The notes: generated by a model from the sequence alone, not told the origin. A DNA stretch of 64,000 nucleotides from Chiloscyllium plagiosum (GCF_004010195.1 NC_057718.1:14853992-14917991), one strand, 5' to 3'. Counted from the stretch's first letter, positions 1 to 12,339 are shown. Numbers and translations are program-made.

Positions 1-181
1 GGTGGAGGCTGGTACAATTGCAACATTTAAGAGGCATTTGGATGGGTATATGAATAGGAAGGGTTTGGAGGGATATGGGCCAGGTGCTGGCAGGTGGGAC
101 TAGATTGGGTTGGGATATCTGGTCGGCATGGATGGGTTGGACCGAAGGGTCTGTTTCCATGCCATCTCTATGACTCTATGA
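1..181 (+). mobile_element. CR1/HER1-type LINE 3' end
   Basis: GGTGGAGGCTGGTACAATT...GGACCGAAGGGTCTGTTTCC ending in (CTCTATGA)2; the same tail recurs at about 4250, 33650, 44120 and 48090. Confidence 0.9.
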
Positions 182-924
182 TTGAAAACAGGAGACTGGA
201 CAGGAGAGGTGTTAAATATTCAACAAGAGCATTTATCTAGTATTCAACTATTATTTCCTGTATTTACACATTTAATATAATTTCATGCACAGATGAAAAA
301 CAACATATGCCTGTTGGTGGCTGCTTTGAATTGTTACAGGACAATTTTATTTCGCAGAAATTACTGAATTGTTATGAACTTTTCAACGCTATCGTTAAGA
401 CAAGAAACATTTGCTTTTACAACAAATTACCAAGCTGAATTTACATGTAATTATAATGTTACGTTATTGAATGCACATGTTGCTATTTAGAAATCTGAAG
501 TCAATAGCTGCAGCTGTCAATTGGAGGCTTTTATTCCACTGTGCTCCCTGCCCAATACTCACTATAATGATGTTACCAGATGAGGTGGTCTCACAGCACT
601 CTCACTACTTACAGAGATTTACCAAGAATGAGGTAGTGTTTGCAGAAGTGAAGGAGGAATCATTTCTAGGTGAATTTTCTTTATCAAGTACTATGACAAT
701 CAACCCTCCCTGCTGCTACATTAACCTGATTTTGGAAGGGGGAGACAATCAGTTTTTTTGATGTGCTTCCCATCTGTGGTCTTGACATGACAACAGAAAG
801 AAACAAGGGGTAGCCAATGTATGGCTGACCTTTTCCAGTGTAACTCAAAGTCTGTCAGATCAGCACCCTGGGGACTCCACTCCAGACAGTATCACAGGTA
901 GAGGTTTCAAAAAACTGTTGTTAC

Positions 925-956
925 CTTTAAGGACAGGAACATTCTCCCAAGTGTCC
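925..956 (-). CDS. Candidate small exon of an unidentified gene (DTWENVPVLK)
   Basis: Minus strand TTTTATTTTGCTGTTCAG|32 nt|GTAACA; starts in phase 2, matching the 7597 candidate. Splice-signal inference only. Confidence 0.3.
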
Positions 957-974
957 CTGAACAGCAAAATAAAA

Positions 975-1125
975 ACAGTCATTATTACATTGCTGATTGT
1001 GCAGGCTTGCTGTGCATGAATTCCTTACTGTGTTGCTTAAATTACAAGAGTGAATCATTAGCTTTAAAAGTGCTTTGGGCCATCCCGTAGTTATGAAAGA
1101 TGCTACACAAATGTAAGCCTTTTCC
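975..1125 (+). mobile_element. DeuSINE-like SINE, 3' part
   Basis: CACATTGCTG-like segment, GCTTGCTGTGC, and tail GAAAGATGCTACACAAATGTAAG, matching the copies at 26010 and 60695. Confidence 0.6.
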
Positions 1126-1334
1126 CTTCTTTGGTTTTCATTCAACACCTTCCTGGAACAGCGTGGCTGACATCCTAAGCACAAGCAACATAGATAACCC
1201 TTGGCTGGAAAGCCAGCTTCTGCCTGAATGATGTTACCAAATGCTAAGCTCCTCCTGCTTCTGAGCAGGCTTTGCAAAAAGATTGTTTTTGGTTAGTTAT
1301 CACATGGCTAACCTCAGATGAAGGAATGCAGTGC

Positions 1335-1650
1335 CATTGTGGTAATGACTAATAAATCCAGGGCCCAGGCTAATGACTTGTAGATATGGCAGACAGTGAA
1401 ATTCCAATTCAATAAAAGCCCAAATTTAAAGGCAAGACTAGTCTTTGTCAAATGTTGTAAAAACTCAACTGATACACAAATGTCCTTAAGGGAAGGAAAT
1501 ATGCCTCCTTCCCAATCTGGCCTACACTGACCCCCACAATGTGATTGACTCCTTTCGGCTCTCTAAACTGGCTTAGCAAGCCACTCAGTTCAAGGGCAGC
1601 TATGGCATAAATGCCAGTGGCCAGCAACACCCACATCCCACACAAGAATA
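1335..1650 (+). mobile_element. tRNA-derived SINE (family B)
   Basis: Shared core TAATCCAG...AGGGAAGGAAAT...GGCCTACA...CAATGTG and tail ATAAATGC...CCCACATCCCA. Confidence 0.8.
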
Positions 1651-2019
1651 CAGAAACAAAATTGTAAGTATGTGTCAGAGAGTTGGTTCGGAGGTTTGGA
1701 AACCATAACCTGAGCTGCACACACCACGGTGCCTGAAATGCCCTGGCATAATGGACACCTGGAACTGTTTGAAGTGCTGGTTAAGGACTGAGCTTGGAGT
1801 TAGCAATATGGTTGATCGTTTATAAGTGAATTAACCCAGTAAGCCATGACAGCAGCAGGCTTTGTAAATACACTTAAGACCAAAATTATTCGATTGGCCT
1901 CTTTAAATGGAATCAGCCTGCAATTTCTGACTCCATTTGCCCTACCAAACCTTCATGTTGCTTGTCCTTCTCTGGTTTCTCTGACTCAAGACTTCCCAGT
2001 ATAAAAGCTTCACCTCCTT

Positions 2020-2320
2020 GGGGCAATACGGTGGCTCGGTAGTTAGTAATGCTACCTCATAGTGCCAGAGACCCTGGTTTGATTCCACTCTCGGGTGATT
2101 GTCTGTGTGGAGTTTGCACATTCTCCTTGTGTCTGCGTGGGTTTCCTCTGGGTGCTCCGGTTTCTTCCCATAGTCCAAATGATGTGCAGGTTAGAGGATT
2201 GGCCATGGGAAATGCAGGTTTACAGGGAATGGAGTGGGTCTGGGTGGGATGGTCTTCAGCAGATTTGTCTGGACATGATGGGCAAAATGGCCTGTTTCCA
2301 CACTGTAGGGATTCTATGAT
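2020..2320 (+). mobile_element. HE1-type V-SINE
   Basis: tRNA-like head (A/B boxes GGTGGCTCGGTAGTTAG / GGTTTGATTCC), V-domain TGTGTGGAGTTTGCACATTCTCC...GTGGGTTTCCTC, CR1-like tail GGCCTGTTTCCACACTGTAGGGATTCTATGA. Confidence 0.9.
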
Positions 2321-3614
2321 CCTGTTGACACCCTAAAACATTGCACTCTCTGAGACCTGACTTTAGCCCTCTGACCTCTTCATATTTCCAATTGTTTCCC
2401 CGACATGACCTTCTGGATTTCAGCACAAAGAAAAGAATGAACAGACTTGACCAGGTGATTACAGCATTCACTTTATGCTGTGTTTTTCACAGCCACTGTA
2501 TTATTTACAGCAACAGTACCCTAGGCTTTGTATGCAAAACAGCCACAGATCCACGTACACATACTAACAAAAGTAACTGTTTGAAATAGAATGTTCGAAC
2601 CAAAGCAACATAATGGAAACAACTGGCTGGAATACACCTGGTTGTTTGCTTTGGTTGGTATATAAAAATAATCTTCCCCATTGCTGTGCAGAGATATGCT
2701 CAATCATTACATTTCCAGAGAACAGAATCTCACATCAACACTTTACTCTCTCTGGAGATTTTATACTGCATGTGAAGGATCAGTTCTATTCTGAAATGGG
2801 TTTATAATTACCCTGTTGCAGAAAAACCATTTCCAGCACTGTGACTTGGCCAAACGCATTAACAATTTTACCCTTCCATCGGAGTCAAGATATTGCATCA
2901 AAAATCCTAAGTAAACTGCAGGAAGCCGAGGAGAATACATAAAGCATTGGAAATTTCTCGAAGCATACCAGCTCAGTTTCATTCTGCCTCTCAGCTTGGA
3001 CCTGTTAAATGATAAATGCCCTTCAAAGAGGGATTAAGCTGCAAAAGGCTGAAATGTTCTCACATTAACTGCGTATTCTCAATAGAGTGAGAAGTGCTAG
3101 CCTGGTTATGCTGTGAAATGGTGTAGAAACAAATTGCTTTGGGATTTGATTTTACAGTTCTTCGAGTACAAACCTCATCATGAATTCAGCAGTCAAAGGA
3201 CAGCATCTAGGAGTTAATTGGGCCAGACTTTTAAGTTTCACAGAATAATGGTTTCAAGACATATTATTAAAAGAGGGAAAAAGTGCAAAGAGAGACCTGA
3301 AAAAACTCACTGCCTCGCAAGGAACTTGTCATCTTCGTAACATTTCAAAGTGTTTCACATTTAAATAGATTGCATTGGTGGATATGTACTTTAGGCCACA
3401 TTGGCCAGGACAACAAGAGAATTCCCACTCTCTCATTACATATGGCACAGCTGGCTTTTTCAATGTTCACCTAATCCATGGGATCAAACAGTTTTCAAAT
3501 CTCACCTGAGGTGTGGAACTCGCAACTGCTGAAAAGAAGTGAAAACCTCAATAACATGCTCACATTGTGGAGCAGGGTTTGAAAGCACAGCCTTCTGGTT
3601 CAGAGGTGACAGCA

Positions 3615-4270
3615 GCGGAGTCACAGGTAGACAGGAAGGTGAAAAAGGTGCTTGGTATGCTTGCCTTTATTGGTCAGTGCATTGAGTATAGGAGTTGGGA
3701 GGTCATATTGCAGCTGTACAGGTCATTGGTTTGGCCACTTTTGGAATACAGCATTCAATTCTGGTGTCCCAGCTATAGGAAAGATGTGTGAAACTTGAAA
3801 GGGTGCAGAAAAGATTTACAAGGATGTTGCCGGGGTTGGAGGGTTTGAGCTGGGGAGGCTGGAACTATTTTCCCTGGAGTGTTGGAGGCTGAGGGGTGAC
3901 CTTAGAGAAGTTTATAAAGTCGTGAGGGGCATGGGTAGGGTGAATAGTCAAGGTCGTTTCCCCAGGGTAGGGAAGTCCAAAACTAGAGAGCATAGGGTTA
4001 AGGCGAGAGTGGAAAGATTTAAAAGGGACCATAGAGACAGCTTTTTCACATACAGGGTACTGTGTGTATGGAATGAGCTGTCAGAGGAAGTGGTGGAGGC
4101 TGGTACAATTACAACATTGAAAAGTCATCTGGATGGGTCTATGAATAGGGAAGGTTTAGAGGGATATAGGCCAATGCTGGCAAACGTGATAGGACTAATT
4201 TCAAATACTTGGTTGGCATGGATGAGTTGGATCAAAGGGTCTGATTCTGTACTGTACGACTCTATTACTC
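3615..4270 (+). mobile_element. CR1 LINE, 5'-truncated (ORF2 C-terminus and 3' tail)
   Basis: Translates ...LAFIGQCIEYRSWEVILQLYRSLVWPLLEYSIQFW; frameshifted. Confidence 0.9.
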
Positions 4271-4541
4271 TAATTAGGAGCAGGAGTGGATTATACAGCA
4301 CATTAAGCCTGTGCTCTGCCATTCAATATGATTGGGCTTCAACTCTATTTTCCCACCCACACCCCATATCCCTCAAATCTCAGAGGGGCCAAAATCAGTG
4401 AAAGAAATCAATGCACCAAGATAAAATTTAAACCAGCACTCAGAATTACGATTAAAGTCATTATTGAACCTTTCTTGCTGGATGGATTTCTGGGAAATTT
4501 TTAAAATGAAAGGCAATTTTTAAAATGAAGCCTTACTTTCA

Positions 4542-4670
4542 GGAGCCTCATTCCTAGTGAAGGGCTTATGCCCAAAACGTCGATTCTCCTGCTCCTCGGA
4601 TGCTGCTTTTCCAGCACCACACTCTTCGACTCTGATCTCTGATCTCCAGCATCCGCAGTCTTCACTTTCT
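4542..4670 (+). mobile_element. Penelope-like terminal fragment with decayed hammerhead motif
   Basis: GAAGGGCTTATGCCCAAAACGTC...CCAGCATCCGCAGTC; 11-bp TSD CCTTACTTTCA at 4531-4541 and 4671-4681. Confidence 0.8.
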
Positions 4671-5244
4671 CCTTACTTTCACAGTGTGACGAATATGTTC
4701 CTCAGGGATTTAAAATCTCAAAGAATTTATTCATACAAACTCCTGCTTCCCCTCTCTCCCCTGCCTCCACCCCCATATTAGTCAGCAACTGAAGCTACCA
4801 GCAGTTCCACAAGGCCTTCCACAAAGTCTAAGGCATTAAAATGGGGTCAAACCAGGTTAATGGTTGGGAATAGTGGAACAGCCTCAAGATGCTGAATGGT
4901 CTCTGCCTGCTCCTATTGTTCAAAGCACTGCTACCGTGGTTTGCAGTGATAGCAGTTAACTCAGGACTGGTCAGATAACGTTACAAATCAGGAGAAAGGA
5001 TGAGTAGTGTTCTGTCACTGTCTGAAGTACTATGTCCAAGAGGCAAGTTTGCTCCAATCTTTTGGGGTCTAAAGGCTTGTGTTTGGCTTCAGAAATTATG
5101 TATGAAGCAGCCAACATTAACCTTGCAGTTGTACAACCTTGATGAGATCACACCAAATCGCTACACTATGGATGCAAGTCATTTGGCCCATCGAGTCTAC
5201 ACTGACTGTTCTGAATCTGGAATATTTAGAGACATTTCACTCTC

Positions 5245-5750
5245 CTTATGAAGAAAGGATGTAATCCCACTGAAAGCAATTTGGACAAGGTTCACTCAAC
5301 CGATGCCTGTGATGTGGGGCGGGGGGGGTTATCTTATGAAGACTGGACAGGTTTGGGCAATATCAGCTGGAGTTTAGAGGAATGAGAGTTGACCATACTG
5401 AAATATCAGATCTTGACAGGATAGATGCTGGAAGGATATTTCCCTTTGTGGAGAGACCAAAACTAGGAAACTCACTGAAAAGGAGTTTCTATTTGAAATA
5501 CAGATTCAGAGAATTGCTTTCACTCAGTGGATTGGAATTCTCTTTCCCAGAGTACAGTTGAAAGAAGGCCATTAAATATTTTTATGGTTGAGTTAGATTC
5601 TCGACAAAGAAGGGAATCAAAGGTATAATGGGTATATGGAAAGGGGAATAATATCATGTGGTATATGGGACAACCAGATCTGCCTCAAACATATTGAATG
5701 GTGGAACAGACTTGAGGGTCCAAATGGGCTATTCCCGCTCTTGGTCTGTA
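5245..5750 (+). mobile_element. Degenerate CR1 3' fragment
   Basis: GAAGAAAGGATGTAAT...GGAATTCTCTTTCCCAGAG...AAGGGAATCAAAGG, similar to the CR1 at 16775. Confidence 0.7.
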
Positions 5751-5864
5751 TGTTGTCATTAACAGATATCAGAAAGGATCTCCATGAAACCTCATGTCAA
5801 TTCAGAAGAACCTTCATAACAGCATCACAAGATAGTTTAATACCAAGCAAATAACATTTGAATT

Positions 5865-6060
5865 TACTCGATAGAGGGTGGTATCCTGTCACTATGTCCC
5901 CCTTTATTTATAAACGGAGAGTCCTTCACACTCTCAGAGTGAACAGACCTCTGACATTCCTGTTTATATCTGTCAGCCAGGGTTCCCTGATTGGACCACA
6001 TTAACAGCACCAATCAGGGGATTTATACTCTATGGTTGACCTTGTTACAATCATGATGCA
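5865..6060 (-). mobile_element. Probable degenerate solo LTR
   Basis: Paired CCCTGATTGG/CCAATCAGGG boxes; on the minus strand GATATAAACAGG followed by AATAAA; one end TG/CA; TSD not seen. Confidence 0.4.
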
Positions 6061-6483
6061 TTATTCACAGAGTTATTCTGAGAATCCAGAAACAATCCAC
6101 ATCAGTCTAGAAACAATCGAGAAATAAACTGTAGTCTGGAATATGTGTTCAATGGACAAACGGATTAGCTAAGAGCTTTTGAGAATTTCTTTTGCTAAAT
6201 TTGGGCCAAAAGTAATGCCTTTCTGAAAGAGAGAATTTCAGTACAAAATCAGCATGTTACTGACTGAGCAGGATTTATATAGGAACATATCTGCAGAGCT
6301 GAGATTTTGGCTCCTCACTCCACAGACAGATGAACCCAAACTAACTCAAATGAGGAGGCTATTATATTTCTATTCTCAAGAGTCAAGATCCCTCTTGGAT
6401 GTAAAATTGATTTTTATTCAGGTAATTGTTCGCAGTCACTGCCTCTGACGTAGTTATTACAAACAAGTCCACCAAACTCAACG

Positions 6484-6689
6484 GAGAAAGTGAGGTCTGC
6501 AGATGCTGGAGATCAGAGATGGAAATGTGTTGCTGGAAAAGCGCAGCAGGTCAGGCAGCATCTAGGGAACAGGAGAATCGACGTTTCGGGCATTAGCCCT
6601 TCTTCAAGGGCTAATGCCCGAAACGTCGATTCTCCTGTTCCCTAGATGCTGCCTGACCTGCTGCGCTTTTCCAGCAACACATTTCCATC
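6484..6689. mobile_element. Penelope-like fold-back element (perfect 84-bp inverted arms)
   Basis: Arms 6518-6601 and 6606-6689, loop CTTC; 14-bp TSD CACCAAACTCAACG at 6470-6483 and 6689-6702. Confidence 0.9.
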
Positions 6690-7596
6690 ACCAAACTCAA
6701 CGACCAGGTGGTCGACAATCAGAAATGTGAAGCCACATGTATTTCAGGAACCTCATGTTATAAGAAATTGTGAGTGATGTTGAATGTGGTGAAATTACAG
6801 AGCCTTTTACCTCCTCTAGTTTCATGGCATTACTTATTACACAATTACCTGAGAAACTGAACTCTCACTGGGACTGGGTTACAACATTACAAATTTTACA
6901 CTCAGAAAACTCTTCAACCCATTTTGGTCAACATGCCCCTCAACCTCTTCTCTCCAGAATTAGATCTAATGTATACAATCTAATTCAACATTTGTCAACA
7001 GATAGTATTTCTTTAATTCTATTATTCTGTGGTGAAAAGTTACACCTGATATCTGTTCTTTAATTTGTCTCGATGGATCTTAATATTTTGACCCTTTTAA
7101 GCTGTTCAAAATCACGAAGGGAAATCTTAAGCTAATCCCATCCCCCATAAATTCTGAATGTCTTTTCGTTTCATTCCCAAGACATAGTATTGCTGACAAG
7201 AATGCTGGCATCTCTAACTGCCCTGAGATAAGTGACACTTACCTTCTTTATGAATGTTTGATACAACAATGTTGTGCTAGGCCATTTCAGAAGACAGGTC
7301 ATTATGGGACGAGAGTCACAAATTGACTAAGGAAGACAGGTCTCCCTCCTGAAATAACACTATCTAACTTCTATGACAGTCTGCCAGCTTAGCCGTGGTC
7401 ATTTTAGTGACAGCATCTTCCAATCATCAGATTTATTTGAGGCAAACCTGAATGCAAATTGAATCACAGTCTATACTCCACATGAGTCCCTCTCTTGATG
7501 TCATGCTCCTGCCATTGGTGGCTCTCAAAGTCATCTTTTCAGGATTATTCATTCTTTAGACAAATAATCCATTTACACAGACACAATAGCACTCAC

Positions 7597-7641
7597 CTAC
7601 TGTATTCTTCTAAATGCCTTTGAAGGATGGGAGCTAACCTT
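7597..7641 (-). CDS. Candidate small exon of an unidentified gene ((R)LAPILQRHLEEYS)
   Basis: Minus strand TTTTTTCTCAACTAAAG|AAG tandem acceptor and TAG|GTGAGT donor; 45 or 42 nt, phase 2-2. Confidence 0.3.
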   Translation of the reverse strand, partial: KVSSHPSKAFRRIQ

Positions 7642-7734
7642 CTTTAGTTGAGAAAAAAGTTACTTGGATATAAACACATAAAGACATGACATCATTACAA
7701 CAAATACATTAATAATCCAATGAAAATCGACAAA

Positions 7735-7975
7735 TTCCTGTTGAAGGGCTCATGCCCAAAATGTCAACTCTCCTGCTCCTCGGATGCTACCTGACTTTTC
7801 CAGTTCCACACTTTTTGACATTGAAATTAATCCACTTGCTGAGCTCTGAAGAAGAGTCATACCAGACTTGCAAAGGTTAACTATCTTTCTCTCCACAGAT
7901 GCTGCCAGACCTGCTGAGTTTCTCTAGTATTCTCTGACTTTGTTTCAGGTTTCCAGCATCCAAAGTATTTTGCTT
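7735..7975 (+). mobile_element. Two adjacent Penelope-like terminal fragments
   Basis: CCTGTTGAAGGGCTCATGCCCAAAATGTC at 7737 and CTCTGAAGAAGAGTC...GACT...GTTAACT...CAGATGCTGCCAGACCTGCTGAG at 7844. Confidence 0.75.
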
Positions 7976-9184
7976 GGAAAATCTACTAACTGTGGTCAAT
8001 TTCCCATTAAAGTTTGCACACTGATTGCGATAAAGCTAACTGCACAGGAGTTATTCCTGCAGTGTACCATGATGCAATCATAGCCAGGCTAAGCCCACAT
8101 TATCCCCATGACTGTAAGCAGCCATACACCTCAGTGGGTTAAATACTGTGAAATGATGGCATGGTTACTTACATGCGACTGAAAGAAATCACTGTGGTCC
8201 TCGCAAAGTAAGGTACCGGTTCACCAGTATGATTCCCCAATTGTGTTCTAGCCACATTATTCACATTGCTGTCAGACAACCTCAGCTTGCAACCCTCTTC
8301 TTGAGAAAGTCAATGTTCCCTCAGCTTTCTGCAGTAACTCGGTGCTTCATTAGTGTACACTTTTCACTGGGGAACACATCAGCCAGAGTACAATGAGGCA
8401 AAATACCACTTAATAACCAGACAGAAGAGTTCTTTGGGATCCAGTACGATACACTCAGTTCACCCAGGAAATCATTTACTAGGAAAGGTATTCATTATCC
8501 TGGCAGTCTATTCTCAGCCAAAGGCTACTTCTGTAGACAGCATTGGGAGAAGTCAGAAGATAAGAAAAGATAGAGGAGGAGGGCTATTCAGCCCATCTCA
8601 ACACATCTGTTCCAAAAGGTTTTATTGTTATCCCATCGCAACATCCATTAAACAAGCTTCTTGTATTCAATATTCTGGGTGGTTAATTAACGAAGGTGCT
8701 GGTCATTCAGTCTAAATTGTAAAGACTTTTTTTTTATTTTTTGGTACTTTTGATTGTGGATTGAAATGGGAAAAGGACTGTTTTAAAAACTAAGCATTGT
8801 GGAAGGAGATGATGTACTTTTTAAAGGAAGTTACCAGCACTTACTGTAAGTGCTGCTTACTCTGTGGCTTGTCCAAACATTGATCGCAAGTTACTGTAAA
8901 CAAACAGGAGCCAGAGAATGTGTACAATGGGAGATTCAGTCAGCAACAAGTCGCTGACTGGTCTATGGGATTGTGACCAGTTGTCAATGACAAAGGCTTT
9001 CTGCCTGCCAACAACTGAGTGATTGGCTCCTAAGGAGCTGAACAGCTACCCCAGTGAGGTGTGACAAAATAAGGATATCTAACACGTGCCGTAAAAATAT
9101 CTTCTCTAGTCTGAATCGGTCTTCTCAAGTTCTACTCCCATTCAAATATGGTTCTAATAACCTTATCCACATCAATTTGAAGCA

Positions 9185-9537
9185 GTGCCATGGACTAGCA
9201 ATCCAAAGGCCTAAGCTGATGTTCTGGGAACAAGGGTTCAAGTATCACCATGGCAACTGGTGGATTGTGAAGTCAATTATCAAAATCTGGAACTAAAAGA
9301 TAGCCCAGCAAAATGGTGACAATGAAACAATCGACTTCAAAAAACCCATCTCATTTGTTCATGCCTTTAGGGAGGGAAATATATTGTCCTTATCCGGGCT
9401 GCTTTCATTGTGATTCCAGATCAACAGCAAAGTGATTGACTGCTAACTACCTTCTGAAAATGGCTCAGCAAGTCACTCAGCTCAAGGGCAATTTGCAATG
9501 GGCCTTGCCAGCAATGCTCCCATTCCATGAAAGAAAT
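9185..9537 (+). mobile_element. tRNA-derived SINE (family B)
   Basis: GGACTAGCAATCCA...GGGTTCAAGT...AAAACCCATCT...TCAAGGGCAATT...CCCATTCCATGAA. Confidence 0.8.
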
Positions 9538-9746
9538 ACAGTTCTAGCTGCATATCAGTAGAAATTAAGCCTGAAAGGAAATTGCAGTAGAGATGAATAA
9601 ATTATCCTTGTATACAAGACAGGTTCCCGTCTATTGTTCATTCTTGTCCATCCTGTCCAAAATGGCAACCAACGTATCTGTCCTTTGAAGCATCTAACAG
9701 TGCCTTAAACAGATCTAAATGCTCCAACTGCCAAAGACCATGAATA

Positions 9747-9976
9747 AGGTAAAAACAATGACTGCAGATGCTGGAAACCAGATTCTGGATCAGTGGTGCT
9801 GGAAGAGCACAGCAATTCAGGCAGCATCCGAGGACAGGCAAAATCGACGTTTCGGGCAAAAGCCCTTCATCAGGAATAAAATTTATTCCTGATGAAGGGC
9901 TTTTGCCCGAAACGTCGATTTTGCCTGTCCTCGGATGCTGCCTGAATTGCTGTGCTCTTCCAGCACCACTGATCCA
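9747..9976. mobile_element. Penelope-like fold-back element (perfect 95-bp arms)
   Basis: Arms 9786-9880 and 9882-9976 with a 1-nt spacer; 16-bp TSD CCAAAGACCATGAATA at 9731-9746 and 9974-9989. Confidence 0.92.
9889..9916 (+). ncRNA. Minimal type I hammerhead ribozyme-like motif (mirror copy on the minus strand at 9846-9873)
   Basis: CUGAUGA-A-GGGC-UUUU-GCCC-GAAAC-GUC: core boxes, 4-bp stem II, palindromic ACGU stem III, GUC cleavage triplet; stem I is weak. Confidence 0.7.
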
Positions 9977-10719
9977 AAGACCATGAATACCCTGCTCAAA
10001 AGGAGGGAAGCATGCACCTAACAATGAGAGAAATGTATGAACAAATTAACAATGCAGTAGCTCAGACCACATTCATCACTCAATCCAATTGAGGAGGCCA
10101 ACAAACACAAACAAATCACTTCTCCATCTGTCTTTACTTTTGTGCTTCTTAAGACAAACCTGAGTTAGCACCGGAATTGTGGAAATGCCACAGATCTTTA
10201 ATTAAACTTAAAGGCTTCAGGGTAACTATCAATAAAAACAGCTCATTACACATTCTTACATGTAGAGAAAACTCTGGAGTCAATCTCTACATTCATTAGT
10301 TCAATTAAAGTGGAGACTTTACATATTTATACCACAAACTTGACTTGATGAAACTTGATAAATCATATCCACTATGTACAGAATGCAACATTGTCAAATG
10401 CAACACTTTCCTTGCTCTTTTGTCTCAAACCCTTCCTGCAGTGCAGGATATCAAGGCAACCTTGTAAACTGAAATGAGTTTTCATTTCCGGCACCGACAT
10501 AGTCAGAGATGACCAAATTTAATGGAAACATATTAATGAAAAGGTTAGCGCAGTTGTAGAGACTAGTTTCAACTTGACAACTTGTTGAAGGGGCTGCTGC
10601 TTTCAATTTACCAAATACAAATATTTCAGGTTATGATTTGCTAAGTTTTCTCTTCTCCCATCTCCACCACCCCCCAACCGCCCTCCCCACCTCACAAAGG
10701 CGTAAGAGAGTTTTTCCCT

Positions 10720-10935
10720 TCTTCAACTTGTTCTTTGTGCAAGGGTGCTTAAGAGTGACCTCTTTGGAAATGCAAATATCTCGTACTCATCAGGACAAAC
10801 ACAAGAATGCCAAATTTCAAACGGTCATAACCATTTATACTATAGGAGAAAAGAGTGCTAATTAATTGGCAAGTTACTCGGAATAGCTAAGGCATTGCCA
10901 TGGAGAAAGCAACAGAGGAATATGGGCTCATTGAG
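10720..10935 (-). mobile_element. Fragment of a second hammerhead-bearing repeat family (family C)
   Basis: Minus strand TTGGCATTCTTGTGTTTGTCCTGATGAGTACGAGAT matches the element at 27280-27320. Confidence 0.6.
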
Positions 10936-11244
10936 CTCCCACTAGGGCTATGGACTGACCCAAGGTCATGAAAAGCATTATATTTAAATACATCAATCTT
11001 TTCCCACTCACCCGCAGTAGAAAATTCATTATTCACAATCTCATTTCAGATACCAATCAACAATCTTTATTGCTGCAGCAATAATATGAAATTTTTCCTC
11101 TAGACATGATATTTAACAGTTAATTTGTATCCATGCCTGTGAAACTAAACCTAAATTCAGTTTTCGGCTTGTCTTGGGGGAAGAGAGAGGGATGGGAAAG
11201 TAGGAGGAAATCACGTTCTTTGCAAGCATACTGATTTTTCTGCA

Positions 11245-11705
11245 GCAGATAATAAAATGCTGGAGAAACACAGCAAGTCTGACAGCATCTATGGAGACAG
11301 AAACGGTGACAGCATTTCATTTCTGATGTGACTCTTCTCTGGAAATGAAGGGGGCTGGAAAAGTGATGAACTTTATCCTGTATACAAGTGTGAAGGAGAA
11401 GGCAGAATACATGATAAAGATGCTCAGAGCATAAGGCAAAAGAAGTGTGCAAATGTCAGCAGAGAGGAAATATATGTTTGAAGAATAGGTGTTAATGGCA
11501 AAAAAAACTAGACAGCTGCACTGACATAAAACCGATGCAAACAAGACACTGGGGGGTTTTGCATGGGGGAGGGTGGATGGGGAGTTAGAAGGGGGTAATT
11601 AAGTTGAGGACAGTATTTGTGCTCCCATGTTGTTGAAGCCTATGTTGAACCCTAAAGGTTATCAAGTGCCTGAGTGAAAAATGGGGTTCCGTTCCCTCAG
11701 CTCAT
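11245..11705 (-). mobile_element. Penelope-like element 3' region
   Basis: Minus strand encodes decayed LRERNPIFHSGT**PLGFNIGFNN (GIY-YIG C-terminal motif), then the AGAAGAGTCAC / CAGATGCTG-type terminus. Confidence 0.7.
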
Positions 11706-12047
11706 GATTTTTCTACATCTTCGTCAATGCAACTAAACTTAACCATTACAGATACAGGATAATTTCAACGATGCCCCAGCAGTCAAGTCTGTGCAGTAAA
11801 TGTACCCACTTCCACGTAGACCAGAATATTTGAAGAACTGAATTTACTTTTTTTGGGGGCTTGGTTCAGGATCCAGTGCGGAAGATGGTGGTTAACCTGT
11901 AAAATCTGCTTTCCATATCTCACAGGCAGCTTTGGGTTCTACTCAGCTCCAGGCGACACTTAGTCTCAGTCCAAATCTGGACAAATAAAGCTGAATTCCA
12001 GAAATGAACTGACAGAGACTGCCCGTGACATCAAGATAACAGGCCTC

Positions 12048-12333
12048 AGATGACACAGTGGCTCAGTGATTAGCACTGCTGCCTCACAGCACCAGCGATC
12101 TGGTACCTCTTTGCATGGAGTTTGCATGTTCTTCCCGTGTCTGTGTGGGTTTCCTCCGGGTGGTCCAGCTTCCCAACACAGTCCAAATATGTGCGGGTTA
12201 AGTAGATTAGCCATGGGAAATGCAGGGTTGCAGGGGTAGCGTAGGGGTGTCAGTCTTGGTGGGATGCTCTTCGGAGGGGAGGTATGGACTCGATGGGCTG
12301 AATGGCCTGCTTCCAAACTGCAAGGATTCTATT
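12048..12333 (+). mobile_element. HE1-type V-SINE
   Basis: CAGTGGCTCAGTGATTAGCACTGCTGCCTCACAGC head, V-domain and CR1-like tail. Confidence 0.9.
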
Positions 12334-12339
12334 TTTAAA

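Noticed and set aside
2020..2090. tRNA gene (also similar heads at 12048, 36200, 54295 and 55120)
   Set aside because: These are tRNA-derived SINE heads continuing into SINE bodies
9786..9976. miRNA precursor or TIR-type MITE
   Set aside because: The arms match a dispersed PLE terminus, the element is asymmetric with one extended arm, and TSD lengths vary among copies, unlike DNA transposons
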